A stretch of DNA of 64,000 nt from Rhizobiaceae bacterium. GTDB lineage: Bacteria; Pseudomonadota; Alphaproteobacteria; Rhizobiales; Rhizobiaceae. The notes under the pieces are model-generated. The model was not told the DNA's origin, ran no database searches, and was given only the letters and a program-made list of their open reading frames with translations. The DNA is taken from positions 24,900-88,899 of the forward strand of contig DATMFK010000011.1 of assembly GCA_035556195.1 (NCBI GenBank). Reading direction: 5' to 3'. This document shows positions 8,526 through 20,404 of the stretch, piece after piece. A program made the translations under genes and the position numbers. Each line of letters begins with the position of its first letter. Position 1 is the first letter of the stretch.

Positions 8526-9829
8526 GCTGGCTCGGCAGCCCGACGAAGGATCCATCGCGCCGTTCCGGCGTGGTCACCGTGCTCGACGTCGGGTCGAGCA
8601 AGGTCTGCTGCGTCGTGGCCAAGCTCAAGCCGCAGGACGGCAGCCAGGTGCTGAAGGGGCGCACGCATCGCGCCAAGGTCATCGGCATCGGCCACCAGAA
8701 GTCCCAGGGCGTGAAGTCGGGCATGGTCATCGAGCTCGATCGTGCCGAGCAGGCGATCCGCCTCGCCGTCGACGCGGCCGAGCGCATGGCCGGGCTCACC
8801 GTCGATTCGCTCATCGTGAACCTCACCGCAGGCCGCCTGAAGAGCGAGACCTTTTCGGCCACGATCAATCTCGGCGGCCACGAGGCCTCGGCGGGGGACG
8901 TCTCCCGTGTGCTCGCCGCCGGCGCCCGCCAGGCGCTCAAGACCGAGCGCGACGTGGTGCATTCGCTGGCCACCGGCTTTTCGCTCGACAGCGAACGCGG
9001 CGTGCGCGACCCGTCCGGCATGATCGGCGAGACGCTGGGTGTCGACATGCATGTCGTCACCGCCGACGCCGCGCCGCTGCGCAACCTCGAACTTTGCGTC
9101 AACCGCTCGCATCTGTCGGTCGAGCGCCTGGTCGCCACGCCCTACGCTTCGGGGCTGGCCGCACTGATCGACGACGAGCTGGAGATGGGCGCGGCCTGTA
9201 TCGACATGGGCGGCGGCACGACCACCATGTCGATCTTCTCCGACGGCAAGTTCGTGCATGCCGATTCCGTGCCGCTCGGCGGCAATCATGTGACGATGGA
9301 TCTCGCGCGGGGCCTGTCCACCCGCCTCGAGGACGCGGAACGCCTCAAGGTGATGCACGGCTCGGCGCTGCCGGGCAGCGCCGACGACCGCGACGTGGTG
9401 ACGGTTCAGCCGATCGGCGACGACGGCGAGGTGCCGCTCCAGGTGCCGCGTTCGGTGATGACGCGCATCATCCGCGCGCGCACCGAGGAGACGCTGGAGA
9501 TCGTGCGCGACAGGCTCGCGCAATCCGGCTTCGGCAATGCAGTGGGCAGACGAGTCGTGCTGACCGGCGGGGCCGCCCAATTGGCGGGGCTGCCGGAAGC
9601 GGCGCGGCGCATCCTGGGTCGCAACGTGCGCATCGGCCGCCCGCTCGGCGTGGCCGGCCTGCCGGAAGCGGCCAAGGGCCCGGCCTTCTCGGCGGTGGTC
9701 GGCCTGCTGATCTATCCGCAGGTCGCGGCCTTCGAGACCAATCAGGCCATGGGTGGATTCAGGATGCGCCTGACCGGAACCGGGGGACGGTTCCAGCGCG
9801 TGAGTCAGTGGTTGAGAGACAGTTTCTAG
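8522..9829 (+). CDS. ftsA: Cell division protein FtsA
   Basis: LDVGSSKVCC, IDMGGGTT, VLTGGAAQL motifs. Confidence 0.97.
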   Translation: MSWLGSPTKDPSRRSGVVTVLDVGSSKVCCVVAKLKPQDGSQVLKGRTHRAKVIGIGHQKSQGVKSGMVIELDRAEQAIRLAVDAAERMAGLTVDSLIVNLTAGRLKSETFSATINLGGHEASAGDVSRVLAAGARQALKTERDVVHSLATGFSLDSERGVRDPSGMIGETLGVDMHVVTADAAPLRNLELCVNRSHLSVERLVATPYASGLAALIDDELEMGAACIDMGGGTTTMSIFSDGKFVHADSVPLGGNHVTMDLARGLSTRLEDAERLKVMHGSALPGSADDRDVVTVQPIGDDGEVPLQVPRSVMTRIIRARTEETLEIVRDRLAQSGFGNAVGRRVVLTGGAAQLAGLPEAARRILGRNVRIGRPLGVAGLPEAAKGPAFSAVVGLLIYPQVAAFETNQAMGGFRMRLTGTGGRFQRVSQWLRDSF

Positions 9830-9881
9830 GGTTAGCAGCCGCGACGGCGAAGCGGCGTGAAGAGGCAAAAGGACGAGGACA

Positions 9882-11549
9882 ATGACGATCAATTTGCAAA
9901 AGCCGGACATTACCGAGCTGAAGCCTCGCATCACCGTTTTCGGTGTCGGCGGCGGCGGCGGCAATGCCGTCAACAACATGATCACGGCCGGCCTGCGCGG
10001 CGTCGAGTTCGTGGTCGCCAATACCGATGCCCAGGCGCTGACCATGTCGAAATCCGAGCGGCTGATCCAGCTCGGCGCGCATGTGACCGAGGGCCTCGGC
10101 GCCGGTTCGCAGCCCGAGGTCGGGCGCGCGGCCGCCGAAGAGTGCATCGACGAGATCATGGATCATCTGTCCAACACGCATATGTGCTTCGTCACCGCCG
10201 GCATGGGCGGCGGCACGGGTACGGGTGCGGCGCCGGTCGTGGCGCGCGCGGCCCGCGAGAAGGGCATCCTGACCGTCGGCGTCGTCACCAAGCCGTTCCA
10301 TTTCGAGGGCCAGCGCCGCATGAAGACGGCGGATGCCGGTATCGAGGAGCTGCAGAAATGCGTCGACACGCTCATCGTCATCCCGAACCAGAACCTCTTC
10401 CGCATCGCCAATGACAAGACCACCTTCGCTGACGCCTTCGCGATGGCCGACCAGGTGCTCTATTCCGGCGTGGCCTGCATCACCGACCTGATGGTGAAGG
10501 AAGGCCTGATCAATCTCGACTTCGCCGACGTGCGTTCGGTGATGCGCGAGATGGGCAAGGCCATGATGGGCACGGGCGAAGCCTCGGGCGAGGGCCGCGC
10601 CATGGCGGCGGCGGAAGCCGCGATCGCCAATCCGCTGCTCGACGAGACCTCGATGAAGGGCGCCAGGGGCCTGCTCATCTCGATCACCGGCGGCCGCGAC
10701 CTCACCCTCTTCGAGGTGGACGAGGCGGCGACGCGCATCCGCGAGGAGGTCGACCAGGACGCCAACATCATCCTCGGCGCCACCTTCGACGAGAGCCTGG
10801 AAGGCGTCATCCGCGTGTCGGTCGTCGCCACAGGCATCGACAAGTCCGCGGCCGAAATCGCCGCGCCGCCGATCCAGATGCGCCAGCCGCCGGTGAAGCC
10901 GGTGGCGCCGCGCGCGCCCGAGCCGCCGCGTCCGGTGCAGCAGCCTGCCCCGGAAGCGCGCCTGGAGCCGCGTGCCGCCGACCCGGTCGCCGAGGCGATC
11001 CGCATGGCCGAGCATAGCGCCGCCGAGATCGCGCATCACCGCGCTGCGGCCGCGCCGCAGGAAGAGTTCCGCCCGCAGAGCAAGCTGTTCCAGGCACCCG
11101 CCGCGCCCGTCGCTCCGGTCCAGCCGCAGCCGGCTCCCGTCCAGGCGGCTCCGGCCATGCGCGAAATGCCGGCGCCGGCGCCCGTCCAGCCGCGCATGCC
11201 GCGCGTCGAGGATTTCCCGCCGGTCGTGAAGGCGGAGATCCAGGCCGCGCAGAACCCGCGTCCGGCCGAGCAGGAGGATCGCGGCCCGATGGGCCTCCTC
11301 AAGCGCCTGACCAACGGCCTGACGCGCCGTGAGGAAGAGCCTGCCCGCCTGCAGCCGGCCCAGCCGCGCGAGCCGAAGCTGCGCCAGCCGGCGCCCGAGG
11401 CGCGCCGTCTCGCGCCGCAGGACGCGCAGGTCTACGCCCCGCGCCGCGGCCAGCTCGACGAGCACGGCCGCCTGACGCCGCAGCCGCGCATGACCCAGGA
11501 GGACGACCAGCTCGAAATCCCGGCTTTCCTGCGCCGGCAAGCGAACTGA
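9882..11549 (+). CDS. ftsZ: Cell division protein FtsZ (long Pro/Ala linker)
   Basis: [27 protein letters not shown]-terminal [12 protein letters not shown]. Confidence 0.99.
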   Translation: MTINLQKPDITELKPRITVFGVGGGGGNAVNNMITAGLRGVEFVVANTDAQALTMSKSERLIQLGAHVTEGLGAGSQPEVGRAAAEECIDEIMDHLSNTHMCFVTAGMGGGTGTGAAPVVARAAREKGILTVGVVTKPFHFEGQRRMKTADAGIEELQKCVDTLIVIPNQNLFRIANDKTTFADAFAMADQVLYSGVACITDLMVKEGLINLDFADVRSVMREMGKAMMGTGEASGEGRAMAAAEAAIANPLLDETSMKGARGLLISITGGRDLTLFEVDEAATRIREEVDQDANIILGATFDESLEGVIRVSVVATGIDKSAAEIAAPPIQMRQPPVKPVAPRAPEPPRPVQQPAPEARLEPRAADPVAEAIRMAEHSAAEIAHHRAAAAPQEEFRPQSKLFQAPAAPVAPVQPQPAPVQAAPAMREMPAPAPVQPRMPRVEDFPPVVKAEIQAAQNPRPAEQEDRGPMGLLKRLTNGLTRREEEPARLQPAQPREPKLRQPAPEARRLAPQDAQVYAPRRGQLDEHGRLTPQPRMTQEDDQLEIPAFLRRQAN

Positions 11550-11565
11550 TCGCAGGGGCGAACGG

Positions 11566-11725
11566 CCCCTCACTGTCCTGCCGGACATCTCTCCCCGCAA
11601 GCGGGGAGAGAATTGCCGGCCGCTTGAATTTCGCCAATCGGCAACGCTGGCGATTGGCGAAGGCGCCGATGACAGCGGTCTTCTCCCCGCTTGCGGGGAG
11701 AAGGTGCCGGCAGGCGGATGAGGGG
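11566..11725. repeat. Family-A REP doublet with a central perfect 11-bp inverted repeat
   Basis: CCCCTCACTGTCCTGCCGGACATCTCTCCCC...GGGGAGAG (11566-11610); TTCGCCAATCG-N10-CGATTGGCGAA (11630-11661); inverted REP at 11680-11725. Confidence 0.92.
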
Positions 11726-11788
11726 CTTGCTCGGCCGTTAATCCTCTTCGGCGCTGTGACGATTCGGTTACATTGCCGCAACAAATTC

Positions 11789-11823
11789 CGGGCGGGCGCT
11801 TCGGCACCCGCCCGAACCTTTTA
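11789..11823 (+). terminator. GC-rich UUCG-loop hairpin followed by TTTT; possible terminator
   Basis: CGGGCGGGCGC-TTCG-GCACCCGCCCG then AACCTTTT. Confidence 0.45.
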
Positions 11824-12030
11824 GGGCTTCAGCGAAAACAACGGCTTGGCTGCCAGAGGGGGGGCAAGGACGGCCGTTACATCGCGTTAAAAACCGTGAT
11901 TTGGCCGGCTACGGCGCGGCCTCTATTTTCCTGAAATCTTGGGCCCGTTGGCGGGAAATGGGATGGAGACCCGCCATTGCGACCGGTGATCGCGGCCACG
12001 CCGCGTGCGGAATTTGAAGCGGGCGGGCAT

Positions 12031-12957
12031 ATGGGGTTCAATTTGTACGATTATCAGACGACGATCAAATCGCGCGTGTCGCTTTCTGGCACGGGCGTTC
12101 ATACGGGCAAGCCCGTGTCCATCCATTTCAGCCCCGCAGACGCCGACTCAGGCGTCGTGTTCCACTGCCACGGACCCAAAGGCGTGGTCGAGTTGAAGGC
12201 GCTGTCGGCCATGGTCGGCGCGACCGATCTCTCCACCGTTCTCGGCGATCCCGCCGGAGCCCATGTGGCCACCGTCGAGCACCTGATGGCCGCGCTTTTC
12301 GGGCTCGGCATCGACAATGTCTCGATCGACATCGACGGCCGGGAAGTGCCTATCCTGGACGGGAGCTCGGCCGGCTTCGTCGAGGCCTTCGAACAAGCAG
12401 GCGTCGAGAAGCTTGCCGCCAAGCGCCGCTATATCCGCGTCGCCAAGCCCGTGCGGGTCGAGAACGGCGGCTCGTGGGCGGAGTTCCGGCCCCATGACGG
12501 CACGCGCTTCGAGGTCGAGATCGACTTCGAGAGCCCGGCGATCGGCCGGCAGGCCCTTGCCGTCGATCTCAACGCCGAGAATTTCCGCCGCGAGATCAGC
12601 CGCGCCCGCACCTTCGGCTTCATGAAGGATGTCGAGCGGCTATGGGCCGCCGGCTACGCGCTTGGGTCGTCGCTGGAGAACACCGTCGTCATCGGCGACG
12701 ACCATCGCGTCGTCAACATGGAAGGCCTTCGCTACCCCAACGAGTTCGTGCGCCACAAGATGCTCGATGCCGTCGGCGACCTGGCGCTCGCGGGCATGCG
12801 CTTCATCGGCTGCTTCCGTTCCTACCGCGGCGGACACAAGCTCAATGCAGCGGCGCTGCGCCGACTGCTCTCCGACCCGTCGGCCTATCAGATCGTGGAG
12901 GCTTCCGGCCGCGGCCGCGAACCGATCGCGGTGGGAAGGCCTGCCCCGGCGCCGTGA
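12031..12957 (+). CDS. lpxC: UDP-3-O-acyl-N-acetylglucosamine deacetylase
   Basis: GTGVHTG, TVEHLMAAL, HKMLDAVGDL zinc motifs; start moved to ATG 12031. Confidence 0.96.
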   Translation: MGFNLYDYQTTIKSRVSLSGTGVHTGKPVSIHFSPADADSGVVFHCHGPKGVVELKALSAMVGATDLSTVLGDPAGAHVATVEHLMAALFGLGIDNVSIDIDGREVPILDGSSAGFVEAFEQAGVEKLAAKRRYIRVAKPVRVENGGSWAEFRPHDGTRFEVEIDFESPAIGRQALAVDLNAENFRREISRARTFGFMKDVERLWAAGYALGSSLENTVVIGDDHRVVNMEGLRYPNEFVRHKMLDAVGDLALAGMRFIGCFRSYRGGHKLNAAALRRLLSDPSAYQIVEASGRGREPIAVGRPAPAP

Positions 12958-13167
12958 TTCGTCGAGTTGCGGGATGCGGGCGGTCTGAGGAGGCGCCGCG
13001 GCCCCGCTTCTCCCATCCAACATCGAGAATTCGCGGTCCACAATCCAGCTCCGCCACAAAATCGCGCCATTGCCGAGCCATAGCGTTGCTGTGCCGTGGC
13101 TAGTGTGATTTATGGCTGCGACAATTTCTTTACGCTTTCGATTACGCCGGAGGGGCGGAAACCGACC

Positions 13168-14022
13168 ATGTTGTTTGCGAATGCCGCCAAGAGCCGGCGC
13201 GCCCTGAAGGCGCTGCCGGTCGTGCTTCTGCCGATTCTCGCTTCAGCCTGCGCTTCCGACAAAGACGTCGATCTCGCGACCTATGTGGAGCAGACCGAGC
13301 CCGCGGACGTTCTGTACAATCAGGGCCTGGCCAACCTCGAAGCAGGTCGCATGAAGGAAGCGACCAAGAAGTTCGACTCGGTCGATCGGCAGCACCCCTA
13401 TTCGGAATTCGCCCGCAAATCGATGGTGATGAGCGCCTTCTCTGAGTACCGGCAGGGCAAGTATGACGAGGCCATCAACGCCGCCAAGCGTTACGTCCAG
13501 CTCTATCCCTCCACGCCCGACGCGGCCTATGCGCAGTACATCGTGGGGCTGAGCTACTTCCGCCAGATCCGCGACGTCACCCAGGACCAGAAGGAGTCGC
13601 GGCGCGCCATCGAGGCCATGGAGGAGGTGGTCAACCGCTGGCCCGATTCGGAATATGTCGAAGACGCCAAGGCCAAGATCCGCTTCGCGCGCGACCAGCT
13701 CGCTGGCAAGGAAATGCAGATCGGCCGCTATTATCTCGAGCGGCGCGAATATCTCGCCGCCATCAAGCGATTCCGCTACGTTGTCGAGCAATATCCGAAC
13801 ACGCGGCAGGTCGAAGAGGCGCTTGCCCGTCTTACCGAGGCCTATTACGCGATGGGCCTGACGTCGGAAGCCCAGACGGCGGCGGCCGTGCTCGGCCATA
13901 ACTATCCGGACAGCCAGTGGTACGCGGATTCCTTCAAGCTGCTGCAGAGCGGCGGGTTGGAGCCGCGCGAGAATGCGGGCTCCTGGATATCCAAGGCCGG
14001 GGCGCTGATCCTCGGCACTTGA
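13168..14022 (+). CDS. bamD: Outer membrane protein assembly lipoprotein BamD
   Basis: Lipobox LASAC, TPR-like repeats, [15 protein letters not shown]; conserved lpxC-bamD-recN order. Confidence 0.94.
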   Translation: MLFANAAKSRRALKALPVVLLPILASACASDKDVDLATYVEQTEPADVLYNQGLANLEAGRMKEATKKFDSVDRQHPYSEFARKSMVMSAFSEYRQGKYDEAINAAKRYVQLYPSTPDAAYAQYIVGLSYFRQIRDVTQDQKESRRAIEAMEEVVNRWPDSEYVEDAKAKIRFARDQLAGKEMQIGRYYLERREYLAAIKRFRYVVEQYPNTRQVEEALARLTEAYYAMGLTSEAQTAAAVLGHNYPDSQWYADSFKLLQSGGLEPRENAGSWISKAGALILGT

Positions 14023-14038
14023 CCGGCCTGGCCGATCG

Positions 14039-15715
14039 ATGCTGGCGCATCTGTCGATCCGCGATATCGTCCTGATCGAACGGCTGGATATCGATTTCTC
14101 GGCCGGCCTTTCCGTGCTGACCGGCGAGACCGGCGCCGGCAAATCCATCCTGCTCGACTCGCTCTCGCTGGCGCTCGGCGCGCGCGGCGACGCCTCGCTG
14201 GTCCGCCACGGCGCCTCGCAAGGCCAGGTGACGGCCGTGTTCGACGTGCCGCGCAACCATCCCGCACGGGCCATCCTTGCCGACAACGCCATCGATGACG
14301 ACGGCGACATCATCCTGCGCCGCGTGCAGGCGGCCGATGGGCGCACACGGGTCTTCGTCAACGACCAGCCGTCCAGCGTGGCGCTGATGCGCGATATCGG
14401 GCGGGCGCTCGTGGAAATCCACGGTCAGCACGACGACCGCGCGCTGGTCGACGCGGCAGCGCATCGCGAGCTGCTCGACGCCTTCGGCGGCCATGTCGGC
14501 GACGCCCAGGTGGCTGCCGAGGCCTGGCGGCGCTGGCGGGCCATGGAGCAGGAACTGACGCGGCATCGGGCCAAGGTCGAGGCGGCGGCGCGCGAGGCCG
14601 ATTACCTGCGCGCCGCCGTCGCGGAACTTTCCAAGCTCGACCCACAGCCGGGTGAAGAGACCGAGCTCGCCGAAAGCCGCGCCGTGATGATGCGAGCCGA
14701 GAAGATCGCCACCGACATAAACGAGGCGAACGAGGCCCTGACCGGGCCGTCCGCGCCGTCGCCCATGCTGGCCAGCCTCATGCGTCGCCTGCAACGCAAG
14801 GCAGGCGAGGCGCCGGGTCTTCTGGACGACGCGCTGAAGGCGCTCGACGAAGCGCTCATCGCGCTGGATGCCGCCCAGTCCGGCGTGGAAGCGGCATTGC
14901 GCGCCACGGAATACGATCCCAAGAAGCTCGAACTCACGGAAGAGCGGCTGTTCGCGCTGCGTGCGGCCGGACGCAAGCATTCCGTCCCGGTCGACGATCT
15001 CGCCAGGCTGCGGGACACGATGGCTGCGGATCTTGCCGATCTCGATGCCGGAGAGGAGCGTCTCGGCCAGCTGGAACAACAGGCGGCGGCCGCGCGCGAC
15101 GTCTATGACGATCTCGCCGCCCGCCTTTCCGACAAGCGCAAGGCGACGGCGGAGGTGCTCGCCCGCACCGTCATGGCCGAACTCCCCGCCTTGAAGCTCG
15201 AGCGGGCGGAGTTCATCGTCGAGATCGTCAGCGACGCCGCCAGCCGGGCGGAGGAAGGGATCGACCAGGTCGAATTCTGGGTGCGCACCAATCCCGGCAC
15301 GCGTCCCGGCCCGATGATGAAAGTGGCCTCCGGCGGCGAGCTGTCGCGTTTCCTGCTGGCGCTGAAGGTGGCGCTCGCCGATCGCGGCTCGGCGCCGACG
15401 CTGGTCTTCGACGAGATCGACACGGGCGTCGGCGGCGCCGTCGCGGACGCGATCGGCCAAAGGCTGGCGCGGCTGTCGCAGCGCGTCCAGGTGCTGTCGG
15501 TGACCCATGCCCCGCAGGTCGCGGCCCGCGCCCACACCCATTATCTCATCTCGAAATCCGGCGGGGCCGACCGCGTGGCCACCGGCGTGGCCGAGATGGA
15601 CCGCCAGGCCCGGCAGGAAGAGATCGCCCGCATGCTGGCCGGCGCGACCATCACCGAAGAAGCACGTGCGGCCGCCGAGCGGCTCCTGCGGGAGAATACC
15701 GCGGCTGCGGAATGA
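14039..15715 (+). CDS. recN: DNA repair protein RecN
   Basis: LTGETGAGKS, HGQHD, ASGGELSR, FDEIDTGVGG. Confidence 0.97.
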   Translation: MLAHLSIRDIVLIERLDIDFSAGLSVLTGETGAGKSILLDSLSLALGARGDASLVRHGASQGQVTAVFDVPRNHPARAILADNAIDDDGDIILRRVQAADGRTRVFVNDQPSSVALMRDIGRALVEIHGQHDDRALVDAAAHRELLDAFGGHVGDAQVAAEAWRRWRAMEQELTRHRAKVEAAAREADYLRAAVAELSKLDPQPGEETELAESRAVMMRAEKIATDINEANEALTGPSAPSPMLASLMRRLQRKAGEAPGLLDDALKALDEALIALDAAQSGVEAALRATEYDPKKLELTEERLFALRAAGRKHSVPVDDLARLRDTMAADLADLDAGEERLGQLEQQAAAARDVYDDLAARLSDKRKATAEVLARTVMAELPALKLERAEFIVEIVSDAASRAEEGIDQVEFWVRTNPGTRPGPMMKVASGGELSRFLLALKVALADRGSAPTLVFDEIDTGVGGAVADAIGQRLARLSQRVQVLSVTHAPQVAARAHTHYLISKSGGADRVATGVAEMDRQARQEEIARMLAGATITEEARAAAERLLRENTAAAE

Positions 15716-15745
15716 TCGCGCGCACCTCAGCAGGTCGCGCTCCTA

Positions 15746-15921
15746 CCCCTCATCCGACCGAGCTTTGCTCGGCCACCTTCTCCCACAAGGGGAGAAGGGA
15801 AGACTGCGGGCACGCTGGTGCCAATCACCAACGTCTACGATTTGCAGTCGCCCCTCTGCCAAGCTCCCCCTTCTCCCCTTGTGGGAGAAGGTGGCCTCGC
15901 GAAGCGAGGTCGGATGAGGGG
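15746..15921. repeat. Family-A REP doublet between recN and ligA
   Basis: CCCCTCATCCGACCGAGCTTTGCTCGGCCACCTTCTCCC...GGAGAAGG (15746-15798) and an inverted copy (15869-15921). Confidence 0.92.
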
Positions 15922-16003
15922 TAGGCTGTGAAGCGCGCCGGACGAGGCCTTGTCAGCAACCTTCCGCCCGCCACTTGCAACTCGCCGCGCCCCACGGCCA
16001 TAG

Positions 16004-18187
<2,184 letters not shown>

Positions 18188-18252
18188 TCTCAAGGCCGAT
18201 TGTGACCGACTGTCTGTACCGCGTTCACGATCGGCAGCGTCATTTGCGACGT

Positions 18253-18469
18253 CGTCATCCCCGGGCCCGCAGGCGAGCGAAGCGAAGCCGAAGGTGACCT
18301 GGGGATCCATGCCGTGACGCTTCTGCCGGTTTCCGCGGGGTAGGATGAATTGCGAAGGGGCACGCGTTTCACGATGATGCCAAACCCGCCCGTCGGGCGT
18401 TCGGCCGCAACGGAACGGAATGGATTCTCGGGTCACCTCGCCCCTTGGGGCTCGGGCCCGAGAATGACG
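18253..18469. repeat. Family-B-related REP doublet with outward CGTC tags (MITE-like)
   Basis: CGTCATCCCCGGG...GAGCGAAGCGA...GGTGACCTGGGGATCCA (18253-18309) and TGGATTCTCGGGTCACCTCGC...CCCGAGAATGACG (18421-18469). Confidence 0.88.
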
Positions 18470-18567
18470 AGACTACTGTTTCGTCGATGATTTTCGATGA
18501 ACCGTGGCTCAAGCGAATTCATATGACAGGCGGGGCGGGCTGACCTAGATCCGCCTCTGGAGGATTC

Positions 18568-19284
18568 ATGGCTGCGCAGTCGACTCTGAGCGAATTCCTG
18601 TCCGGTGCTCGTTCCGGCGTGCCTGTGATGCTGGCCATCGTTCCATTCGGACTGCTGTTCGGCGCGCTGGCCGTCGACAACGGGTTCACCATTGCGGAAG
18701 CCATGCTCATGAGCGCCGCCGTCTATGGCGGCGCCAGCCAGATGGTGGGCATCGAGCTCTTCGGCCAGGAAGTGGCACCGTGGCTGATCGTGCTTTCCAT
18801 CTTCGCGGTCAATTTCCGCCACGTTCTCTATTCCGCCGCCTTCGGCCCGGTGATCCGAAACTGGCCTACGCTGCAGAAGGCCATCGCCTTCTTCTTCCTG
18901 AGCGACCCGCAATTCGCCGAGGCCGAGCGACGGCGGGACGGTGGCGGCAGGATCAGCTTCGCCTGGTACCTCGGCATGGCCGCGTTCTGGTGGGTCGCCT
19001 GGGTGGCAGAGACGGGGATCGGCGCCTATTTCGGCGGCCTCATCGCCGACAGCCATGCACTCGGCATCGATTTCCTGCTGCCGATCTATTTCCTCGGCCT
19101 CGTGATGAGCTTCCGCAAGCGCCCCTTGTGGCTGCCGGTGATCCTCGTGAGCGCGGTAGCCTCGATCATCGCCTACAAGATCGTCGGCTCGCCATGGCAT
19201 GTGTCGATCGGCGCCGTGGCGGGCGTCCTCCTGGCTGCGGCCATGCCGCCGCGCATCCAACAATCCGTGGAGAGAAATGCATGA
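18568..19284 (+). CDS. AzlC-family branched-chain amino acid exporter, large subunit
   Basis: YGGASQ, NFRHVLYS, FFLSDPQFA motifs; multiple transmembrane segments. Confidence 0.9.
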   Translation: MAAQSTLSEFLSGARSGVPVMLAIVPFGLLFGALAVDNGFTIAEAMLMSAAVYGGASQMVGIELFGQEVAPWLIVLSIFAVNFRHVLYSAAFGPVIRNWPTLQKAIAFFFLSDPQFAEAERRRDGGGRISFAWYLGMAAFWWVAWVAETGIGAYFGGLIADSHALGIDFLLPIYFLGLVMSFRKRPLWLPVILVSAVASIIAYKIVGSPWHVSIGAVAGVLLAAAMPPRIQQSVERNA

Positions 19285-19580
19285 GCACGACGGTCTGGAT
19301 CATCCTGGCGGGCGCGTTGATGACATATCTCACGCGCGTCGGCGGCCATCTCGTGCTGTCGCGCTTCGACAGGGTGCATCCGCGGGTGGAGGCCGGTCTC
19401 AACGCGGTTCCGGCGGCGGTGCTCACGACGCTCGTCGCACCGGCCGCGATTTCCGGCGGCCCCGCCGAGATCATCTCTCTCGTTGCCGCCGCCGTGGTCG
19501 CTCTCGTCTGGGGCGGTATGATGCCGATGTTCCTGACCGGCGCCGCCGTTCTCATTGCGCTCCGCCATTTCATCGGCTGA
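19281..19580 (+). CDS. AzlD-family small subunit
   Basis: MSTTVWIILAGALMTYLTRVGG...VPAAVLTTLVAP; ATGA overlap with azlC. Confidence 0.88.
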   Translation: MSTTVWIILAGALMTYLTRVGGHLVLSRFDRVHPRVEAGLNAVPAAVLTTLVAPAAISGGPAEIISLVAAAVVALVWGGMMPMFLTGAAVLIALRHFIG

Positions 19581-19624
19581 GCCGCTTCCCCATGCAGTTT
19601 TCGCGCCCGCACGCTGGATAGATC

Positions 19625-20368
19625 ATGACCGCTGAAGCAATCTTCCCGAGATCGGGCACGAGCCAGTTCCTGCGCGGGGCGCGGCTCGGCATGCCCGTGG
19701 TGATAGCCTCCGCGCCCTTCGCTATTCTCTTCGGCGCGCTCGCCGTCGACAACGGCATGTCCGTCATGGAGACGACGCTGATGAGCGCGACCATCTTTGC
19801 CGGCGCGAGCCAGATGGTTGGCCTCGAGCTCTTCGGCCACGATATCCCGCCATGGCTTGTCGTGTTCTCGATCTTCGCCGTCAATTTCCGGCACGTGCTC
19901 TATTCGGCCGCGGTCGGTCGACGCGTCGGGCATTGGACCTTCTTGCAAAAGACGGTCGGCTTCTTTTTCCTCGTCGATCCGCAATACGCCGAAACGGAGC
20001 GCAAGGCGGAGAGAGGCGAGAGCATCGGTTTCGGCTGGTATATGGGCATGGCGCTGACGATGTATCTGTTCTGGGTCGCCACATCTGCGCTGGGGGCGAT
20101 CTTCGGCAAGCTCTTGCCCGACACCCACGCGCTGGGCATCGATTTCCTCCTGCCGATCTATTTCCTCGGGCTCGTCATGGGTTTCCGCAAGCGGCCGCTC
20201 TGGCTGCCGATTGTCGTGGCGAGCGCCGTGGTCTCCGTCGTCGCCTTCAAATTCGTTGGCTCGCCCTGGCATGTGTCGATCGGTGCCGCCGCCGGCATTG
20301 TCCTCGCCGCGGCCATGCCGCCCCGCGGTAAAGTGGATCTTGGCGAGGGGTTGGAGGCGGAGGTTTGA
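19625..20368 (+). CDS. Second AzlC-family protein (paralog)
   Basis: FAGASQ, NFRHVLYS; shares HALGIDFLLPIYFLGLVMxFRKRPLWLP with the first copy. Confidence 0.9.
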   Translation: MTAEAIFPRSGTSQFLRGARLGMPVVIASAPFAILFGALAVDNGMSVMETTLMSATIFAGASQMVGLELFGHDIPPWLVVFSIFAVNFRHVLYSAAVGRRVGHWTFLQKTVGFFFLVDPQYAETERKAERGESIGFGWYMGMALTMYLFWVATSALGAIFGKLLPDTHALGIDFLLPIYFLGLVMGFRKRPLWLPIVVASAVVSVVAFKFVGSPWHVSIGAAAGIVLAAAMPPRGKVDLGEGLEAEV

Positions 20369-20404
20369 GGTTTCGTCAAGACTTGGTCCGACGCACGAAC
20401 ACCC

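Noticed and set aside
11877-11891. CtrA box upstream of lpxC (TTAC-N6-TTAA)
   Set aside because: Wrong spacing and a mismatch; too weak to report
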